A DNA stretch of 64,000 nucleotides from Laetmonice hystrix (lineage: Eukaryota), in contig OZ249439.1 in the NCBI GenBank assembly GCA_965235115.1, positions 14,942,001-15,006,000 on the forward strand. Reading direction: 5' to 3'. The position numbers and the translations under genes are program-made. Below the pieces are notes generated by a model. The model was not told the DNA's origin. It searched no databases and was given only the letters and a program-made list of their open reading frames with translations. Numbering within the stretch: position 1 is the first letter of the stretch; each line of letters starts with the position of its first letter. This document shows, piece after piece, positions 47,843 to 59,750 of the stretch.

Positions 47843-49207
47843 TATGTCTTTCTCCTTAGTCCAAGCTACAAATATGGACGCTATCCTTTACAGTGATCGT
47901 CTCCTGATTGTGTAGTGAGATTGTGAAAGTCGATGGGCACAGGTGATTGCTGGGTAGTTGGCCCCCTCTGTACCTCTCCTACCGGTGCAATGTTTAAAAT
48001 GTATAATTAGGAATAAAAGTCATATTACGACAGATGTCAATTAACAGGTCCTTGCTTCAAACAGCTTCCAAAATAACAATGTCAAATGACGTCACTAGTA
48101 AGCGGATACAAGGATTATAACGCAGGTAGGTCGAATACATACCTGAATTAACCGTGGGCCTAGCAACCTCAAATTCTTTTCTGCGCTACATAATCCCGTA
48201 AGTTTTTGCTCAAACACCATCACGACTTTTTGAAAGGTAATTACTGATTAGTAACACACATATAGGTGTCACCCCAGATGAAAGCTTTATTATTTCTACA
48301 AGTAAGGGTTGGCACTTCTTTCATTTGGCCCCTGTTCCTAAACGGTATCAGCTATGCATCAATTATACATGTATGTCGGGCTGCACTACTGGCACAGTTG
48401 TGACACAGACGTTATATCATACAATTAATTACTATCCAGACGTGTCGATACAAAGCCTGTCCATGTACTGATATCCATGTATACGATCGGTTTCCCTACA
48501 TCCTGGCACAATTCTTGGCTATATCTATGGTCCTGTCTGTATAGAAATCTATCTCTCTCCCGTCTGACCATTACCTCTATGTTTCACTGCCACTGATTCT
48601 ATAGGTTTCTCTTACAAGGTGGCACGACGAGTAAATGACCTTTCGAGTTAATATGTACTACACTAAACAATTGTCGATGGTGATTATATGGAGACCGATG
48701 GGTCCATTTAAACCGAACTTTCTTTTCTTCACTGTTAAAAAAACATTGATGAATGAGGATATCGGCTTATAGGTTAAATGCCATTGTTTGTTTCAGCCTC
48801 ACGGCTCAAATTATTAAGTGCAGCTGAGCTAAGTGCACGTAAGTTGGTAACGCTGAGCCGAGGTTTCTGGTTCGTGACTGTGGTTAAAAGGCGACAAATG
48901 AACTCGAGATTAGAATCTGTAAAAGGTACTGCTATACCGTGCTGATTAACAAACGGGGCAAACAATGTAGAGTCTGCATTGTTTTATAAGTAAAACGATT
49001 TTTTTGTTCTCGAAAGCAAGGGCAGGTTCTGTGTGGTATTGGCACGTTGACAACAAGAGGCAGCATGTGATGTACTGACGTGTATCTTGCATGTGACTTC
49101 AAAGGGACTTTGATACTGAAAATGGTGTGTCCCATGGTGTGAGGCTGAGGGATAAAGTAACGTTCTGGGTCCCTGTCTGAGAACAATCGGCGAGCTGTTG
49201 TCGAGGT

Positions 49208-50293
49208 ATGGCACCATCAACGTCTCCGCTGCTGGATGGCACCTGCTCCGTGCCGCTCTGTCTCCCGGCTATCGACCGGCAACAAAAGTTCATCGTATGT
49301 GTCAGTCCACGTCAGCTTCCAGGTCATGTCGACGACTCTCGCCACATGGAGGACGAGGAGGAGGAGAGGAAGCAGGAGGAGGAGGGGAAGCAGGAGGAGG
49401 AGGTGAAGCAGGAGGAGGGGAAGCAGGGGGAGGAACGGAAGGACCAGAAGAAAGACAAGGAAAGAGAGGATAACCCAGGGGACGCGGCCGGGGGCAGGGT
49501 TCGCTTCCGATCAACTGCCCTCAGGGTCTGGGCGGCCGTGGCCATCGACAGAAACACCCTCCACCCTGACAATCACCAGACCAGGCCCCAGTTGGACACG
49601 GCCCGTCACAGTGAGTTGACTTGCCCAGACCCACACGATGCTCCCGACGGACAAAGCAGTTCCCCTAACAAGTCTCTCGGAGACGGCAAGAGACCTCAGC
49701 TCCAAACAAGAAAATCTTACATGAAGATTACCCCCTGGAAAACCCGGCTTCCTCCGCTCCCGTCTATAGTCGGCATGCACGTGTTCCGACGTCTCTACAT
49801 GGCGCAGCTTTCGGGAATCCACGGCAGTACGAAAAGTGAGCGACGTTCATCAGTCAGGGACAGTGACGAGGACGAGTTGATTGAGCAGGAGGATGGCCGC
49901 TGGACCGAGCCCCGTCTGGGTGCCGATCTATCCCCGGAGGGACAGTACGCCACCCTCCGTGGCTACCAGGACCGACTCCAGCAGAAACTCACCCAGCGAC
50001 TCCCAGAGATCCGTTCCCAGATCCCGCGGCTCGAGACCCCGGCCGTGGTGTCCCGGCTGGTGGTGACGGCAGCACGTCCGGAGGTAGCCAGGACCCGAGT
50101 CCAGCGCTGCCTCCAGGCCGCCATCGACCTGGCTGATTCCCTGGAGGTGGACGGAGAAAACCACTTGTCGGACGTGAAGAAATCCCGCATTAAACTAACC
50201 ACCAACAGTCCACTGAGGACGTACATAAGATGGTGTCGGAGTTGGGAACAAGACTTTACAACTGACAACGAATCAACTGTGCCTGCCACCTGA
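49208..50293 (+). CDS. Intronless uncharacterised protein, family member P3 (361 aa)
   Basis: ATG-to-stop ORF with motifs RFRSTALRVWAAV, RLPPLPSIVGMHVFRRLY, LSPEGQYATLRGYQDRL, LQAAIDLADSL, SPLRTYIRWCRSW. There is an E/K/Q-rich short repeat near the N-terminus. Confidence 0.87.
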   Translation: MAPSTSPLLDGTCSVPLCLPAIDRQQKFIVCVSPRQLPGHVDDSRHMEDEEEERKQEEEGKQEEEVKQEEGKQGEERKDQKKDKEREDNPGDAAGGRVRFRSTALRVWAAVAIDRNTLHPDNHQTRPQLDTARHSELTCPDPHDAPDGQSSSPNKSLGDGKRPQLQTRKSYMKITPWKTRLPPLPSIVGMHVFRRLYMAQLSGIHGSTKSERRSSVRDSDEDELIEQEDGRWTEPRLGADLSPEGQYATLRGYQDRLQQKLTQRLPEIRSQIPRLETPAVVSRLVVTAARPEVARTRVQRCLQAAIDLADSLEVDGENHLSDVKKSRIKLTTNSPLRTYIRWCRSWEQDFTTDNESTVPAT

Positions 50294-50547
50294 TGCTTTC
50301 CATCTCTATAACGGACACGTTGAGCTTTACAACCGCTAAATCATTTATTGTACATGTTACCTCACAGAAGTGTACAGCTGACAGGCGGCTTTACAACCGA
50401 TTAGAAACCACTAACCGTGCCTGTCACGTGATGACCCAATATATTTAATTACAACCAACACACAGGACTTTACAACTGAGAACAAATCGACCACGCCTGC
50501 CACCTGATGGCACGCTGAACTTTACAACTCATGTGGGAATCAACTGT

Positions 50548-50562
50548 GCTGCCATCTGGTGG
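50548..50562 (-). promoter_or_regulatory. CTCF-like motif CCACCAGATGGCAGC
   Basis: Near-perfect match to the bilaterian CTCF core, just downstream of P3. This is a motif match only. Confidence 0.4.
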
Positions 50563-51693
50563 CTGACTGCGAATGACCTGCTCTGTCGTTTGTAAATCGT
50601 TTGTAAATCGTTTTGTTGATGTGATGTTGCATGGGTACACATACTAAAATTGTTGTTACGTTACAGCGATAAGAGAATGGGCATTATTTTATATAATTAT
50701 GAAGATATTATATCTTGTGAATATGAAATAATGAAAATTAAAGTATTTTTCTATAACTATTTTAATGTCTTTCTGTCTGATCCGTAAACAAGAAGGCAGG
50801 TAAATGACGAAGGGTGATAGAGTCGGCCGTGGTTTACAGGATTGGGGGAGGGGGTGTGCCCTCAGTTGAGGTTAGGTTCGAAAATATCCACAGTTGGCGG
50901 GTACCAAGATCCGATTCAACCCAATCAATCCAGTTTAAAGGTTAGAGAAGCTCTGCCCCCCCCTTAACGGTAGCTGATTAATTCTAGAATTTAAACTTCA
51001 GTTGTCCATGTCTACTCCAGTGTGAAACGTTCACATGGGGAGGGCCGCTGATTATGATTATGATTATGTGCCACATAAGGGGCCGTGAATTTCAGTCACA
51101 TGTATAATTACAGACTGTAACAACGTGCAACCTTTTGACCCCGGAGATGAAACGAATTATGTACGCACCTGGATGAGAAGTACGATGTCTTATTTTTTGT
51201 TTACTTACGGTATTTCTTTAGCTTTGTTAGCAGAGATCAGTGGGTCCCTTGTTTTCACCGATACTTACAGATCCGATGGAATGCCTTCCAGGGAACTCTA
51301 GCGGTAAACATGTTGACGTTGTTACACAATCGATTCCCGGAAAAGAGTAGGTTGTGTTAATAATGGATTGAAAAGCTTATAACCGCGCTACATGTTATTT
51401 TCCCGTGTATAAGAGACCAGAAAACAGAACAGATATAACCTCGATTCAAGCAATGCTGCAGGGAATGCTTTCCATCTTCCACGTAGAGCAGTTACAACTC
51501 AGAAAGAAAGATTGCGCTAATGGTGATCGGGAATACCTCCACAAAGACCGAAGTGGTGGTATGATGATGATGAAACGTCACAACTATTGAATAGCTCCTT
51601 CAGGTGACTTATTTTATTTCCCACTAACAACCTTACAGGAGCGTTGCAATATTTATTGGGCTTCTTCCCGCTGAACGACTTGTGAGGTACACA

Positions 51694-52638
51694 ATGCCGC
51701 ACAGACTGCCGCCTATGGCTGACTCGCCCCGGGATCCTGGCGGAGTTCCCTGTGGTTCGTGGCCGCCGGGGATGGGTGGGGGAAGATGGATGAGAGAGAA
51801 GTTAGTGGTCGAGGAGCCGTCCAGGACCCACTCCCTGGAGGTAACGGTTACAGGTGAGGTTCGGCCTGGACCGTGGATGAGAGAGAAGTTAGCGGTCGAG
51901 GAGCCGTCCAGGACCCACTCGCTGGAGGTAGCGGTTACAGGTGAGGTGAGACACTCCCTGGAGGTAGCGGTTACAGGTGAGGTTGAGTCTGGACCGTGGA
52001 TGAGAGAGAAGTTAGCGGTCGAGGAGCCGTCCAGGACCCACTCCCTGGAGGTAACAGTTACAGGTGAGGTTGAGTCTGGACCGTGGGCTCCCAGCACGGA
52101 CGAGGGTGGGAGCGGCCTCGATTCGGACCGTCACATCACGGGTGTCAACCGGAACACCTTGCCCCCTCTCTCACCCCTTACAGAGGCTACCCTCACCCGC
52201 AAACTCTCCACAGCGGGGTTAACCGGCTCACCCTGCCCCCTCAACCGGCACCCTCTGCCCGGTCTCAGAGACAGACACCTGTCAATCAAATCGGAACCAA
52301 TATCAACCAACCCGGAGCAACTGTCAACCGGTCCCGAACAGCTGTCAATCAACCAAAATATGGTGTCAACCGATCCTGAGCAGATGTCCATGGATTCAGA
52401 CGAAACTGTCAACCAGGACGATTCTCTACAATTACACTTACAACAACCGGCGCACACCGCTGACTCTCTGGCCCCAGAACTAGGGCATGATGACCTAATT
52501 AACCCCACAATGCCACGCCCTTCTCGTGTTTTTCTTACCCCACTACCGCGATCGAAGAAACGTCCCAACCTGTACCTCTCACGGCCAAGTATAGCCCGCA
52601 TTGCTGCATACACTGTCAGTGACGGAGAGGGAGAATGA
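51694..52638 (+). CDS. Intronless low-complexity uncharacterised protein (~314 aa) with three 29-aa repeats
   Basis: First ATG is at 51694 (the ORF track starts on GTG). It has in-frame 87-bp repeats (WMREKLxVEEPSRTHSLEVxVTGEV..GP) and a basic Pro/Arg-rich C-terminus. No recognised domain. Confidence 0.5.
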   Translation: MPHRLPPMADSPRDPGGVPCGSWPPGMGGGRWMREKLVVEEPSRTHSLEVTVTGEVRPGPWMREKLAVEEPSRTHSLEVAVTGEVRHSLEVAVTGEVESGPWMREKLAVEEPSRTHSLEVTVTGEVESGPWAPSTDEGGSGLDSDRHITGVNRNTLPPLSPLTEATLTRKLSTAGLTGSPCPLNRHPLPGLRDRHLSIKSEPISTNPEQLSTGPEQLSINQNMVSTDPEQMSMDSDETVNQDDSLQLHLQQPAHTADSLAPELGHDDLINPTMPRPSRVFLTPLPRSKKRPNLYLSRPSIARIAAYTVSDGEGE

Positions 52639-53194
52639 AAGGCCAAGTATAACCCGCACTGCTTCATACACTGTCAGTGATGGTCAAGTATAACCCGCAC
52701 TGCTTCATACACTGTCAGTGATGGTCAAGTATAACCCGCACTGCTTCATACACTGTCAGTGATGGTCAAGTATAACCCGCACTGCTGCATACACTGTCAG
52801 TGATGGTCAAGTATAACCCGCACTGCTTCATACACTGTCAGTGATGGTCAAGTATAACCCGCACTGCTTCATACACTGTCAGTGATGGTCAAGTATAACC
52901 CGCACTGCTGCATACACTGTCAGTGATGGTCAAGTATAACCCGCACTGCTGCATACACTGCCAGTGATGGTCAAGTATAACCCGCACTGCTGCATACACT
53001 GTCAGTGATGGTCAAGTATAACCCGCACTGTTGCATACACTGTCAGTGATGGTCAAGTATAACCCGTACTGTTGCATACACTGTCAGTGATGGTCAAGTA
53101 TAAGCCGCACTGCTGCATACACTGTCAGTGATGGTCAAGTATAACCCGCACTGTTGCATACACTGTCAGTGATGGAGAGGGATAATGAAAGGCC
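52587..53194. repeat. Array of 12 x 41-bp units bracketed by two 58-bp units, the first of which is the end of the CDS 51694-52638
   Basis: 52587-52644 and 53137-53194 are near-identical 58-mers. 52645-53136 is exactly 492 bp = 12 x AAGTATAACCCGCACTGCTTCATACACTGTCAGTGATGGTC. Confidence 0.95.
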
Positions 53195-55039
53195 ATCAGG
53201 ATGCTGACTCGGAGCCTGTATGGAAGAGTTGTATACGTAAAAGAACGATTATGATTTATTGTATCATATGTATAATCATCATCGCCATCATCGCCACCAC
53301 CATTATTATTCGAGTGAATAATTATTAAAAGACGTGTTCTGTTGGGCAACATTCATCACCAACACCACCTGATTCAGCAGGTCGAGCTGCTGATAGTCAC
53401 CAAAGACCAGCAGACCGTCCCGCTCCCTACCGTCAGTTTTTGATTCCAGTAGTTCTACTCGCCTGCTCAGGGAAAAGTTTATGCTGCTTAGACGTTAGAT
53501 GCTAGCCTTAAAAGGCCCTACACTGTCGTGGTTTTTCTTTGTACTTCCTTTGGTCTCAATTTTTGACAGCGGCTCTTTCATTTTGTTTAGTGATGGAACC
53601 TCACGATAGATGACACTGGAGATAACGCTAGATGGCGCCTCAAATTCTCAGTCCTCGGAGCTTGAGTTTCTCTACGATACCGTTCTGTCGCCGTACGTGA
53701 AGCATACAATGTTAAATATATAGACACACGAATTTGGATTCAGTGGGATAATTCTTACTTCTATAAGGTATGTTAATGCACGATCAAATGGAAACTAAAA
53801 TACGTGGTCTTAATAATTTATTGTATCCGCAATTCGACACCAGTTGGCGACAGAGAGAATACATCAAATATCTTTGATATATAGGCTATACATAATTCTA
53901 TATCAATCGCAGGTCCATCTCGGGGGCTGATCGTGGGCAACCGGAAGCCCCCCCCCCCCCATTCTTTCCTTTCCGTGCATGAAATCCAACATATTCTCTT
54001 TCTGATTATTGAACTGAATATCGTAAATCATACTGTGACTCCTTATTTTCGTGTGGCTTGGTCAAAACTCACCTGCCCGCCCCATCCCCGACAGGTAATA
54101 CAATAATGTAATTAGGTATTCTTCGATTACGCACATATTATATACAGACAGGTGGGCCAACACACCAGCCCCCCACCCCCACCCTCCTGTCCCACGTGCC
54201 CTGAATTAAAGCGACACAGTTGAAAGGCTTCTAAAAACCTTCTCACGTTTGGGGTAGCAATCTGACACTATCTTCTATTGGTTAATTTGTTGTAACGGCT
54301 CTGAAGATGGTCGTTGAGATTGGGCGAGCAGCGCGTTTGTTTCCACTCGAGTAGTTGTCACCAACTGATGACATTCGGAGAGAATCCTAAGCTTACCGTG
54401 AGGTCTGCATCCTTTAGTTCTATTTTTGGTTCACAAAAATTATTGTCTACGGTTTTGATGACCTTGAGCTGAATGCAGACGAGTATGAGGACAGTAACGA
54501 TGGGTCGAAGGTCATTGAAGGAGGCCGGTATATCACTGAGTTCTTCTAAACGAGGGACGGTCAGTCTGTAATCATTGTATAGTGGTGTAATTAGTTCTTT
54601 GAAATAACCGCTTTGTGAGTGGAGAACCCGCTGACAGCAATTTACATATCTTACTACATCTCGGCCAGCCATCTTGACCGCTTTTGATTTGACGAAGAGA
54701 CTGGTCATGATAAAGTACCTGTCCATCCCTGGAGAGGCATGCATAGAGGGTCTTGATAAATTCAGAACCCAACTGTATGAATGGCGCGGCCAGCGGCCAT
54801 CCCTTGGGGTGTGCGTGTGAGACCGGGGGTGGGGGTACGGGGGGAGGGGGTGTGTAGGGGGTGACGGGCGCGTGGTATACCACCCTACACTACACCTGCT
54901 TACCTGGAAACACGCCTTTTGTTAACAGCGTGCGACTTTTTCCGGTTAATGAACGCGGGAGGATGAGTCAACCGTCATTCACCGAGAGCTTTCAAAATCT
55001 ACCGTCACCCACGTCTGTCTACACCACTAGGGATAGGTT

Positions 55040-55160
55040 ATAGGCCTGGTTCTGTGCAGGGGCAGGCCTGGTTCTGTGCCGGGTATAGGCCTGGTTCTAT
55101 GGAGGGGTAGGCCTGTTTCTGTGCCGGGTATAGGCCTGGTTCTGTGCAGGGGTTCTGTGC
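55040..55160. repeat. Short degenerate ~22-bp tandem repeat
   Basis: AGGCCTGGTTCT(G/A)TG recurs five times. Confidence 0.7.
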
Positions 55161-56500
55161 ATTGTGGAAAACTGACGACATTGTATGCATTAATATTGTG
55201 AAACAAAGCTAAAGACGCGATATACTGCACTATTAACTATTGCTATCTATATGAGTTTTATGAAAGAATGGTGTCTTCTCCTTCGTCGAAAGCAGAAAGA
55301 AGACAAGAAAAGAAAAACATGGAAAATATGCTTGAGCGGTTGTGGGATACTGTACGGTCAGCCGTTCTCTATAAGACGATTTCCATAACAAACCGAAGAT
55401 TTTGAAACCCGAGCTCGGGCCGGCGCTCGACGGCTGCCTCAAGGTGGGAGAAGGTGGGACAGATGTTCACACGACAATGGCCTCTATACCATTGTTGTCG
55501 TCATGGTACGTGACCTGACCTCAAGTAAATGACGAGAAGAACCCACACTGATATCGATAGGTAATGGAAATATAGGTAAGAAACAAAACAGGAGCAAAAA
55601 TAAACGAAAACCATAAAGACAAACAAACAGAAAACGAGCGAATTTAGGGTTGACGATATTATGAATAGAGGTCTACGTTAAAAGACAGCTGCATGAAGAT
55701 AAACGTTCCTCGATATTTGGGAGCAATAAACGTCAGTAAAATGAGCCTATATTACGTCATAATAAACCGCCTCGACTATGCAGTCCCATAATCCGGAGAC
55801 GGTTCAATGAGGTGGACAAAGCTCACACCTCCTTGGCCCTCACGGTCAGCCCGGCCCAAGGCAGGACACTGGGCGGCGCCGTGGGGGTCCACGGTCTCTC
55901 CGTGTCCACTTGTGGCGTCCATCACAACGCAGGAGCGCTGTCAATCAATGGCCACTTGGTCCCGCCCCCCGGCCGTCCGTTAGAGGAGCCCGCGCTGGCA
56001 GCAGTCCGAGGGTGGGCGCCAGATTTGGTTTGTCTGTCCGTCCAGACACGACGCTGTCAGCTAACCGGGCGGACTGTGGATTACCACTGACAACTCACGT
56101 CAAACTACAACTAAGTTTGTACAATGGATTACCCAGCGTCTATAAAGTGAAGGATATCAACATGAAGATTATTATACTGCAGACGTTGTGACAGATGGTG
56201 AACCTGTAGATCTAGTACTATAGGTTATTGACCAGGAATATTTTACACTGGGTATTTGCTGCTTTGTGTTCATCTTCGGTTCACAGGATGAGGACTTGTC
56301 AGCGATATTGATTTCCTGCAGTTCTTATTGAAAACTTCCAAACTTCCGAAGACGGATGTACTATAACACCAGCGTGGTCACCTGTAGAAGATAGTTGTAT
56401 GTTAGAAATCGCCGCTAGTGACCAGAGTGACCTGACGGATTCTCCTGTCTCCGGATGCAGCCGTCCGTTATTACACTGACCACGTTTGAATGAGTTTGAG

Positions 56501-56833
56501 ATGGAGCCATCCACAGTGAGGAAGGTCGTAGGACGGGGGGTCGGCGGACCACTCCCCGCGGGGTGTCGGTACGGTCTGATAGCGGTCCTAGTGCTAGCCG
56601 TAACGGCCGCCGCCGACCCTCACCCCCTGGGGGTAGACGTACTCGTCCTACTCCCTCTGACCGGACCCGAGGAGGTCCGAGGACGGGCTCAGGCAGCCGG
56701 AGTCCGGCTGGCCCTGCGGGGGCTTGGCCTCAACCCGGCGGGCCTGGAAGTGGGTCGGACTGGCCGGGGCAGGGAAGACGACCACGGGAGACTGATTGGA
56801 ACTGACCTCCGCATCTTCTACAATGATACCAGG
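56501..56833 (+). CDS. First coding exon of a probable ANF-receptor (periplasmic-binding-fold) ectodomain receptor, e.g. natriuretic-peptide receptor / receptor guanylyl cyclase; rest not found in window
   Basis: Hydrophobic signal (YGLIAVLVLAVTAAA), then VDVLVLLP ... AAGVRLAL ... LIGTDLRIFYNDTR, the pattern at the start of ANF_receptor domains. It ends at a phase-0 consensus donor AGG|GTAAGT. GC-rich context. Confidence 0.55.
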
Positions 56834-57219
56834 GTAAGTGCCATACTCCCACGGTGGAGAATGGGGAGGGGTGTAGCGTTTCCTGAACCTTCCAAATCAA
56901 AGGTTTGACATATGGCCAAAATGGTCGTGTTATCAGGTCCGATATAAATACCCCCTCCCCCGTTGCCATGTCAAAATAACCCCGATAACCTGCAGTGGTA
57001 TGACAAAGAACGGGAAATGGTAGATTTTTAACCATTTTTCCATGGATATGGTTAATTCTTATAGGTTTCTGCACAGGGTCTTCACGGCCATAATTGCAAA
57101 CACAAGTCCATGCAAGTTTACACTGATTACGTAGTATTTGATAACAAATAGTCCAGTATTACAAACCCGTCTGTGCGAGCAGTAATTGGACAGTTGACAG
57201 GTCCGTCAGGAGGTGGACT

Positions 57220-57772
57220 GAGGTTGACTGAGAACCAAGATGACTGACCGTTATTTCCATAGTTATTTTATTACCATGCATGAGGTTGACTGAGAACCAA
57301 GATGACTGACCGTTATTTCCATAGTTATTTCATTACCATGCATGAGGTTGACTGAGAACCAAGATGACTGACCGTTATTTCCATAGTTATTTTATTACCA
57401 TGCATAGGTTGACTGAGAACCAAGATGACTGACCGTTATTTCGATAGTTATTTTATTACCATGCATGAGGTTAACTGAGAACCAAGATGACTGACCGTTA
57501 TTTCGATAGTTATTTTATTACCATGCATGAGGTTAACTGAGAACCAAGATGACTGACCGTTATTTCGATAGTTATTTTATTACCATGCATGAGGTTGACT
57601 GAGAACCAAGATGACTGACCGTTATTTCCATAGTTATTTTATTACCATGCATGAGGTTGACTGAGAACCAAGATAACTGACCGTTATTTCCATAGTTATT
57701 TTATTACCATGCATGAGGTTGACTGAGAACCAAGATGACTGACCGTTATTTCCATAGTTATTTTATTACCAT
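57220..57772. repeat. Minisatellite, 62-bp unit, ~9 copies
   Basis: GAGGTTGACTGAGAACCAAGATGACTGACCGTTATTTCCATAGTTATTTTATTACCATGCAT with period 62 (57220, 57282...). Confidence 0.95.
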
Positions 57773-59750
57773 GACATAACATTTCCCCCCTCTAGGATAC
57801 CTTCATGACCAGGCGCCAATATACCAAGTGTGGTGTCCTGTCGTTATCGCCTTATCTATAGGTTAATCCAGGGAATTATCCCCGTCAAATAACGTTACAT
57901 CAGAACGGCTCCCTGCTCACCAAGCTGTGCATGGTGGGTGCTGGTCATGGGAAATATCACCGTCATTTTTACCGGCGCCTGCCAAAAAAATGAAGGTGGG
58001 GGGGGGGGAAGCGTCATGTGTGCAAAACATATAGACCCCTGCGGATAATGGTTTTTCTGGGTAACCAGTTATCTGGTCAACCGTGAAGAATTAGGTCGGG
58101 ACGATACGGCCGCCATTTTCTAAAGGATATTATAAAAAAATGGGGGAAAAAGTTGCTGGTAGACTGTTGGAGCGGAATGGGTGAAGAGGACGCGACCTGA
58201 CCCCCAGAGTTCACCCTAAGATACCCCCTCCCTCACCCCCGACCCATGGGGGTAGGTGGTACAAGGGGCGTGGGCTGGGGTGGGGGTCAGCGACAGAGGG
58301 TATTGTGTCTGTCCACCCCTGTCCACCCCTGTCATCGTGGCGGTCTGTCAGGTTGAGATGACCGTTTTATCACAAACCGATCTGTCCCCACAGGTGGCAG
58401 CACACGTCGTACCCAAGTAAATCCAAGATTGTGTCTGGAAGGGCATCCCGACATCACTCACTCACCCACCCCCCCTCCCCATCCCCACTATAGAGGTAAA
58501 CAGGAGACGATCAGGACATTGTCCACATGTTGAACGTGACAGACGGACAGCCACATACTCTGCCTGGTATAAACCGAGGGCCAGACATTCTGCCAGCACC
58601 ATTGTATACATATATGGCATATATGAACGTAATAAGATAAAGCAGTGGTATGGAGTGCCTGTTTCTCCCTACTCATGGAATGTACATGTACGTGTATTGT
58701 TAAACCACTCCATCCACGTGGTACGTGACCCATCCATGTCCCTCACCCCATCCCGTGAGACGGTAGTCGTGTGTCTCCGTGCACCAGTTGACGCCTTCGC
58801 CTCACCGTGCACTCCTGACGTCACTAAATATAATCACACAGTCAGAGGCATGTACGGTAATCACCAACATCTGGTATATATATTGTGCAGTGAATAGTCA
58901 TTACCAAACACCAGGCGTAGTATTTCTCCCACGTACTCATCTAGTCATGTACCGACATGTTGTCAAAGTCTAGACCCCCTACCATAGAACATTCACTGTG
59001 TATTGTTGACGTAGGTAATATAAGCCCGTGTCAGCCAAGGGGGTAGGGTTCTCAGAATGCAAGCGATAACAACAGAGTGGTCCGTTTACGTAGATATAGG
59101 GAACCTAGTGATGCAATAGGATATAAAATTAGAAATTCTTATTTAAAAGTCAGTGATTATGTTGATCGTACCGCGGTGTTAAATGAGCATATATAATCAA
59201 AGAAAACTGCAATCTCACTAACATTTTTCTTGGTAGGTCTACGTGATTTTTTATTGCCCTTCCATAATGCGACTCGATGCATGCACATCAAATTTAGCTA
59301 TGTTTTAATTATGTCTGGATGTTTAATAGTTATTCCTCCTCGCACCTAGAGCTCCCCCTCATACAGTTTATATTATGGTTTGTCTACAGTTATAAATACA
59401 CAGTTATAACCTAAGAGGGAAACTGACACTGGCCTTAATATACATAATCTTTTAATACCCTCCTCTCCATCCCTCCGTATAACACATCAAGTATCTCCAC
59501 AGTACGATCGAGTTTCATTCTAAGCTGCTTACTGTATTCCCCTGACAATGTCAGCCAAACAGACTGATCCATAAGGATGTGAATGGGGTGCCGGCATAAA
59601 TATGTCATCCTCCAGAGGGCGCTCCGAGCAAGTAGACCGGAAGTGGCGGCCGGTAAACAAGCCATCCACGCTGCCACGCTGTTTACAGTCGAGTGCACAT
59701 GTGCGTTTACGGTCCGGTGCACCTTTTCAAAAGGCTTGGTAGCATATATA

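Noticed and set aside
47334-47915. 193-aa plus-strand ORF and similar antisense ORFs over P1, P3 and 51694-52638
   Set aside because: These are shadow ORFs opposite GC-rich coding sequence; the conserved family motifs are on the other strand.
54358-54744. 128-aa ORF with faint BTB-like (VLHSQSGYFKELI) or gypsy-integrase-like (DVVRYVNCCQ) words
   Set aside because: The two resemblances are short and mutually incompatible and the rest fits neither family. A profile search would be needed.
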